From Candidatus Thorarchaeota archaeon (GTDB lineage Archaea > Asgardarchaeota > Thorarchaeia > Thorarchaeales > Thorarchaeaceae), in NCBI GenBank assembly GCA_048884785.1, contig JBHLQM010000078.1, forward strand, positions 1,836-12,229: a stretch of 10,394 bases of DNA, given 5' to 3'. The position numbers and the translations under genes were made by a program. Positions 6,748 through 10,394 of the stretch are shown one piece after another. Numbering within the stretch: position 1 is the first letter of the stretch; each line of letters opens with the position of its first letter. Under the pieces are notes generated by a model, which did no database searches, was not told where the DNA came from, and saw only the letters and a program-made list of their open reading frames with translations.

Positions 6748-8682
6748 ATGCCATTCGAGTACAAAGGTTACGCAGGATATTACCTGGATATTGACTTGAC
6801 GAAAGGGAAGATTCACAGGCGTGAGATGGAGAAAGAGTGGGCCAGGCTTTATTTGGGAGGCACTGGAGTATCAGCAAAGATTCTCTGGGAGAGGACAGGA
6901 CCATCTACCAAACCTCTCTCTCCAGATAATGTATTGATTGCAGGAACTGGGCCACTGACTGGAGTGATGTTCTCACCTTCAGGGCGTATGATGTTTGCAG
7001 GAAAGGGACCACTCACAGGAGTATGGGCTGAGAGCCATGTTGGCGGATTCTTCGGCCCTGAGATGAAATACTGCGGGTTCGATTTTGTTATCTTTAATGG
7101 ACGTTCTCCCAAGCCAGTTTATCTCTATTTGCAGGATGGAAGGGCCGAACTCAGGGATGCATCTCATCTCTGGGGAAGCGAAACAAATGTTACTACTGAT
7201 ATGATTAGAGAAGAGCACAAAGACCCGGCGATTAAGACTGCGGTCATAGGTCCTGCAGGAGAAAATCAGGTCCTATATGGCTCAATTATAGTAGATTATT
7301 ATCGGGCTGCTGGTCGTGCAGGACTTGGGACTGTTATGGGCTCCAAGAATGTGAAGGGAATTGCCGCTAGTGGTTCTTTGGGTCTTGAAGCATATGACAT
7401 GGAGAAATTCCTAGAGGCAAATGAGAAAGAGATGGAGAAGCTTCGGGATCCCCTCTGGACTGATTCACTTGCGTCTCTAAGGAAATACGGTACGACGGAC
7501 CTTGTAGCCATAATCAATGAGATTGGCCGCCTTCCAACAAAGAATCACTGGACCGGCTTCTATGAGGATGCTGATGACATCGGGCCGGAGATTATTGCCA
7601 GCAAGTATCGTATAGCGCAAGAGGCTTGCCATGGGTGCGCAGTCGGGTGCAAGTATATCATCAGGGTCAGGGGAGGTAAGTATCCCACAGAGCCCATCGG
7701 AGGGCCAGAGTACGAAACAATAATGGCATTTGGATCTAATTGCCTGAATAATGATATTGAATCTGTCTTCCACTTGGGGAAGAGATGCGACCTTCTAGGA
7801 TTAGATACCATCTCGTGTGGAAAGACCATTGGCTTTGCCATGGAGCTCTGGGAGCAAGGAATCATCAATGAAAAGGATACAGATGGATTGGAGTTGACTT
7901 GGGGTAATCCCGATTCAATGGCACGGCTTGTAGAGATGATTGCGAAACAGGAAGGAATTGGAAAGATACTGGCGCAAGGAACGAGAAAAGCAGCTGAGAT
8001 TATTGGCGGAGATGCCTGGAAATATGCAATACATGTCAAGGGGCTTGAGGCATCAGGTCAGGACCCGAGAGCACATCAGTCAATTGGACTCACTTATGCC
8101 ACAAATGTACGCGGTGCCGACCACCTAAGAAGCCTTTCTAGCCTGGAAGAGTTGGGATATCCTGAGATTGCAGCTGAGAGATTCGGCGAAGAGAAGGCAC
8201 ATGATATTCTAGAGATACTCACCCCCACGCACAAGGGAGAATTGGTCAAGGATATGGAAGATCTCTATGCGTTGACTGATTCGGCAGTTATATGCAAATA
8301 TGCAGTGATGTGGCCACCAGTATTCTATATGGACACCTTCACCAGTGTAATTGCCCCATTGACTGGAATGAGTGATTGGAACGAAATGAAATTCGTTAGA
8401 CATGCGGCAGAGAGAATCAATCATCTGAGAAGAGCATACAACCACAGACTGGGAATAACCAGAAAAGATGAAACACTGCCCCCGAGACTACTGAAAGACC
8501 CTATGCCCACAGGCCCCTCGAAAGGAGGCCTACCCGACCTCGATATTATGCTCGATGAATACTATGACTTCCGAGGCTGCGATAGAAGGACCGGGTTTCC
8601 TAAGGAAGAGAAGCTTGTAGAACTCGAACTAGGAGATGTTGCTTTAGACCTAAAGAAGCGAAAAATGCTTGCAACTAGCTGA
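6748..8682 (+). CDS. aor: Tungsten-dependent aldehyde:ferredoxin oxidoreductase (AOR/WOR) family catalytic subunit
   Basis: GYAG..L.IDLT N-terminus, IGPAGEN, RAAGRAGLGTVMGSKNVK, CHGCAVGC plus a fourth Cys in DSAVIC, GPEYET, CDLLGLDTIS, HVKGLE, RGADH, EYYDFRGCD. GGAGG RBS upstream. Family assignment is secure; the substrate is not. Confidence 0.95.
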   Translation: MPFEYKGYAGYYLDIDLTKGKIHRREMEKEWARLYLGGTGVSAKILWERTGPSTKPLSPDNVLIAGTGPLTGVMFSPSGRMMFAGKGPLTGVWAESHVGGFFGPEMKYCGFDFVIFNGRSPKPVYLYLQDGRAELRDASHLWGSETNVTTDMIREEHKDPAIKTAVIGPAGENQVLYGSIIVDYYRAAGRAGLGTVMGSKNVKGIAASGSLGLEAYDMEKFLEANEKEMEKLRDPLWTDSLASLRKYGTTDLVAIINEIGRLPTKNHWTGFYEDADDIGPEIIASKYRIAQEACHGCAVGCKYIIRVRGGKYPTEPIGGPEYETIMAFGSNCLNNDIESVFHLGKRCDLLGLDTISCGKTIGFAMELWEQGIINEKDTDGLELTWGNPDSMARLVEMIAKQEGIGKILAQGTRKAAEIIGGDAWKYAIHVKGLEASGQDPRAHQSIGLTYATNVRGADHLRSLSSLEELGYPEIAAERFGEEKAHDILEILTPTHKGELVKDMEDLYALTDSAVICKYAVMWPPVFYMDTFTSVIAPLTGMSDWNEMKFVRHAAERINHLRRAYNHRLGITRKDETLPPRLLKDPMPTGPSKGGLPDLDIMLDEYYDFRGCDRRTGFPKEEKLVELELGDVALDLKKRKMLATS

Positions 8683-8683
8683 A

Positions 8684-9055
8684 CTAGCTATGCATGGCGA
8701 TGGACTGCAGCGACTGCCTAATAGTCAGATTCCCAGTATGAAGTATGACATGGGAGTATGTATCTTGGGATATATTGGCTGTAATAAAGGAATCAAAGGT
8801 TTCCCTTGGATCCTTCTCAGAGCCAAGGTCGTAGCCGAATGTAGCCATCGGTATTAGCCGGCTCCTTAAGAAACCGACAAGTGAGCCCAACTCCGATACA
8901 ACTGTGTTTATTCCCCCCTTTCTATCTTCACAGAGTATCCATTCCTCTTCAATTATATCTAGAAACACTTCCAGACTCTCAGGTCCAAAGTTGCTTTCAT
9001 GGAAGGTTTCGATTACGTCTCTTATAGTATAGTTCTTTCTGGATGATGGAGTCAT
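8684..9055 (-). CDS. Hypothetical protein (123 aa), no recognisable family
   Basis: The ORF fills the gap between aor and the next gene and stops 1 nt from the aor stop. ATG 9055 is preceded by GGAGAGGG and a TATA-like TTTATC about 40 nt upstream (9095-9100). Amphipathic acidic helices. The ORF-track GTG start at 9154 would abut the divergent gene and leave no promoter space. Confidence 0.62.
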   Translation of the reverse strand: MTPSSRKNYTIRDVIETFHESNFGPESLEVFLDIIEEEWILCEDRKGGINTVVSELGSLVGFLRSRLIPMATFGYDLGSEKDPRETFDSFITANISQDTYSHVILHTGNLTIRQSLQSIAMHS

Positions 9056-9154
9056 AGTATGCCCTCTCCAAAAGGAGTTCGGCGTCGGGATGAAGATAAA
9101 GCTATGGGACATAGATTCGACTGATTCATATGTAGGCAAAGGCAACTTCGACAC
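9056..9154. promoter_or_regulatory. Putative compact divergent promoter region
   Basis: TTCATATG at 9125-9132 lies 22 nt before ATG 9155, which has no RBS (consistent with a leaderless mRNA). TTTATC on the minus strand at 9100-9095 precedes the orphan gene. Confidence 0.35.
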
Positions 9155-10252
9155 ATGGCAGATCTGAGTGTGACTATAGCTGAACTGCAGTTTAGAAACC
9201 CAGTACTCACAGCAGCAGGTCCAACATCAAGAGATGGAAGAACTCTATTGAACGCTGCTGCCGGAGGCGCAGGGGGATTAGTCGCCAAGACGGTGAGCGT
9301 AAAGCCTGCAGACGTACCTAGACCTAATATGGCTGCAATCATGAGTGGTCGTGTTGAGTCTCGACGTGGTATGCTAAACACAGAACTTTGGAGTGAACTT
9401 CCTGTGGAGCAGTGGTTGAGAGAGGAGTATTCAATTGCCCTAAGCTCTGGCCTCACTCTCATTGCAAGCCTAGGATACAAACCAGACGAAGTGTCAGAGA
9501 TTGCTCCAAAGATAGAGAAGGCAGGAGCCCATGCACTAGAGTTCAGCACACACTATGTGGGCGGACACTTAGAGATTGCCAAGGCACTCCGTGATTCTGT
9601 GGACATCCCAATTTTCGCAAAGCTCTCGCCCAAGATTGATGTGGCAAAGGTAGCAAAAGAATTGGAATCCCATGTCGATGGTATTGTTGCCATCAACACG
9701 TTTGGCCCCTGTCTCCGGATAGACATTGAAACAGGAAAGCCCATGCTGGGAGGTAGCGGAGGTCAGGGATGGCTCAGTGGTGCAGCATTGAGACCAATTG
9801 CCATGAGGTGTGTTGCAGACATCTCTAAAGCAACATCGCTTCCAGTGATTGCTGTGGGTGGTGTTTCTACTGGGAGGGATGCAATAGAATTCATGATGGC
9901 GGGAGCATCCGCGGTGCAGGTATGTACCGCAGCCATTCTTGATGGGCATATGGTATATGGAAGAATTGCCGGAGAAATCGAGGAATGGCTTGACACACAC
10001 GGATATGATTCTGTTTTAGACATTAAAGGGCAAGCACTTGGCAATCTGGACAGGTCAGTAGATCTCATAGGACCACCACTTGTGGACTTGGAGAAGTGCA
10101 CTAGATGTGGACTTTGCCCGAAATCCTGTGTGTATAATGCAATTACTGTAAATAAATCAAAGAATCTCTTCCTAATTGATGAAGATTCTTGTCAGAGCTG
10201 TGGTATGTGTATCTCTGTCTGCCCTTACTATGCTCTGAGCATTGGTGATTAG
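9155..10252 (+). CDS. Dihydroorotate/dihydropyrimidine dehydrogenase (PyrD/PreA)-like FMN enzyme with C-terminal 2x[4Fe-4S] domain, non-canonical active site
   Basis: FRNPVLTAAGP, GGLVAKT, GMLNTELWSE (PreA-like), PIFAKLSP, AINT, GWLSGAALRPIA, PVIAVGGV, AGASAVQVCTA. C-terminal CTRCGLCPKSC and CQSCGMCISVCP. The catalytic ELNxxCP motif is replaced by EFSTHY. Confidence 0.92.
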   Translation: MADLSVTIAELQFRNPVLTAAGPTSRDGRTLLNAAAGGAGGLVAKTVSVKPADVPRPNMAAIMSGRVESRRGMLNTELWSELPVEQWLREEYSIALSSGLTLIASLGYKPDEVSEIAPKIEKAGAHALEFSTHYVGGHLEIAKALRDSVDIPIFAKLSPKIDVAKVAKELESHVDGIVAINTFGPCLRIDIETGKPMLGGSGGQGWLSGAALRPIAMRCVADISKATSLPVIAVGGVSTGRDAIEFMMAGASAVQVCTAAILDGHMVYGRIAGEIEEWLDTHGYDSVLDIKGQALGNLDRSVDLIGPPLVDLEKCTRCGLCPKSCVYNAITVNKSKNLFLIDEDSCQSCGMCISVCPYYALSIGD

Positions 10253-10394
10253 AGATACATGGCATCATCAAGTCCAAGAGTCGTTCGCTGAGGTCTGCCT
10301 TTAGTGACAACATAGTCATTCTCAAAACGCACTCCGCCATACTCTTTTAGATAGACTCCTGGTTCAATGGCCACTACATGTCCCTCTTTATAAT
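10249..10394 (-). CDS. M24 family metallopeptidase (Xaa-Pro peptidase/prolidase-like), C-terminal fragment; gene continues beyond the window
   Basis: Manual translation of 10392->10249 gives YKEGHVVAIEPGVYLKEYGGVRFENDYVVTKGRPQRTTLGLDDAMYL*. This matches the M24 C-terminal motif G.V..IEPG.Y....GGVR.E.D..VT with both metal-binding Glu residues. Not in the ORF track. Confidence 0.9.
   Translation of the reverse strand, partial: YKEGHVVAIEPGVYLKEYGGVRFENDYVVTKGRPQRTTLGLDDAMYL

Noticed and set aside
8113-8124. RGADH instead of RGGCH as loss of an Fe-S cysteine in AOR
   Set aside because: By spacing, this His is the active-site His. The fourth cluster Cys lies downstream and is present (DSAVIC516).
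6744-8682. Selenocysteine readthrough at the TGA stops of the Fe-S and aor genes
   Set aside because: Both proteins are complete at their stops, no Cys position is replaced by TGA, and no SECIS-like element was recognised.
9056-9154. 33-codon extension of the orphan ORF from GTG 9154
   Set aside because: It would abut the divergent ATG 9155 with no promoter space, and ATG 9055 has an RBS and a TATA-like box.
8676-9186. 10-bp direct repeat TAGCTGAACT (8676-8685, 9177-9186) as a target-site duplication around the orphan
   Set aside because: The second copy is inside the intact reductase coding sequence, there is no transposase or terminal repeat, and 10-mer matches are expected by chance in 10 kb.
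259-10101. Numerous 60-165 aa antisense or alternate-frame ORFs (e.g. 7560-8039, 9052-9549, 9569-10000, 8669-8857)
   Set aside because: They are shadows of well-supported genes and have no motifs or RBS support.
10143-10340. 65-aa minus-strand ORF from the track
   Set aside because: Wrong frame. The M24 motif is in another minus frame ending at 10249.
1-10394. CRISPR arrays, tRNA/rRNA, insertion sequences, defence systems
   Set aside because: No regularly spaced repeats, cloverleaf or rRNA-like sequence, or transposase/nuclease motifs were seen. The largest non-coding gap is only 170 nt.

Overview
Gene-dense, moderate-GC window with archaeal-style signals (GGTGA/GAGGTGAT/GGAGG ribosome-binding sites, TATA-like boxes, very short intergenic gaps). 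The multi-PAS 'HDIGN' histidine kinase and tungsten oxidoreductase suggest an anaerobic archaeon, possibly Asgard/Thorarchaeia (inference, not checked). Left to right: (+) conserved hypothetical protein with RpiA/ISOCOT-like motifs, ABC exporter ATPase and permease; (-) COG0402-type amidohydrolase and a cytoplasmic 3xPAS histidine kinase; (+) 4x[4Fe-4S] subunit and tungsten aldehyde:ferredoxin oxidoreductase (AOR/WOR) family enzyme; (-) a 123-aa orphan; (+) a dihydroorotate/dihydropyrimidine dehydrogenase (DHOD/DPD)-like flavoprotein with a C-terminal 2x[4Fe-4S] domain; (-) the 3' end of an M24 peptidase missing from the ORF track. Three enzymes have non-canonical active sites: the DHOD/DPD-like protein lacks the catalytic NxxCP motif (STHY instead, shortened loop), the WOR has Gln at the active-site Tyr position, and the amidohydrolase has oxo-heterocycle rather than adenosine-type signatures. 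Together they may form an undescribed N-heterocycle redox/catabolic module, but the alternating strands make this only a hypothesis. No rRNA, tRNA, CRISPR or mobile element was seen.
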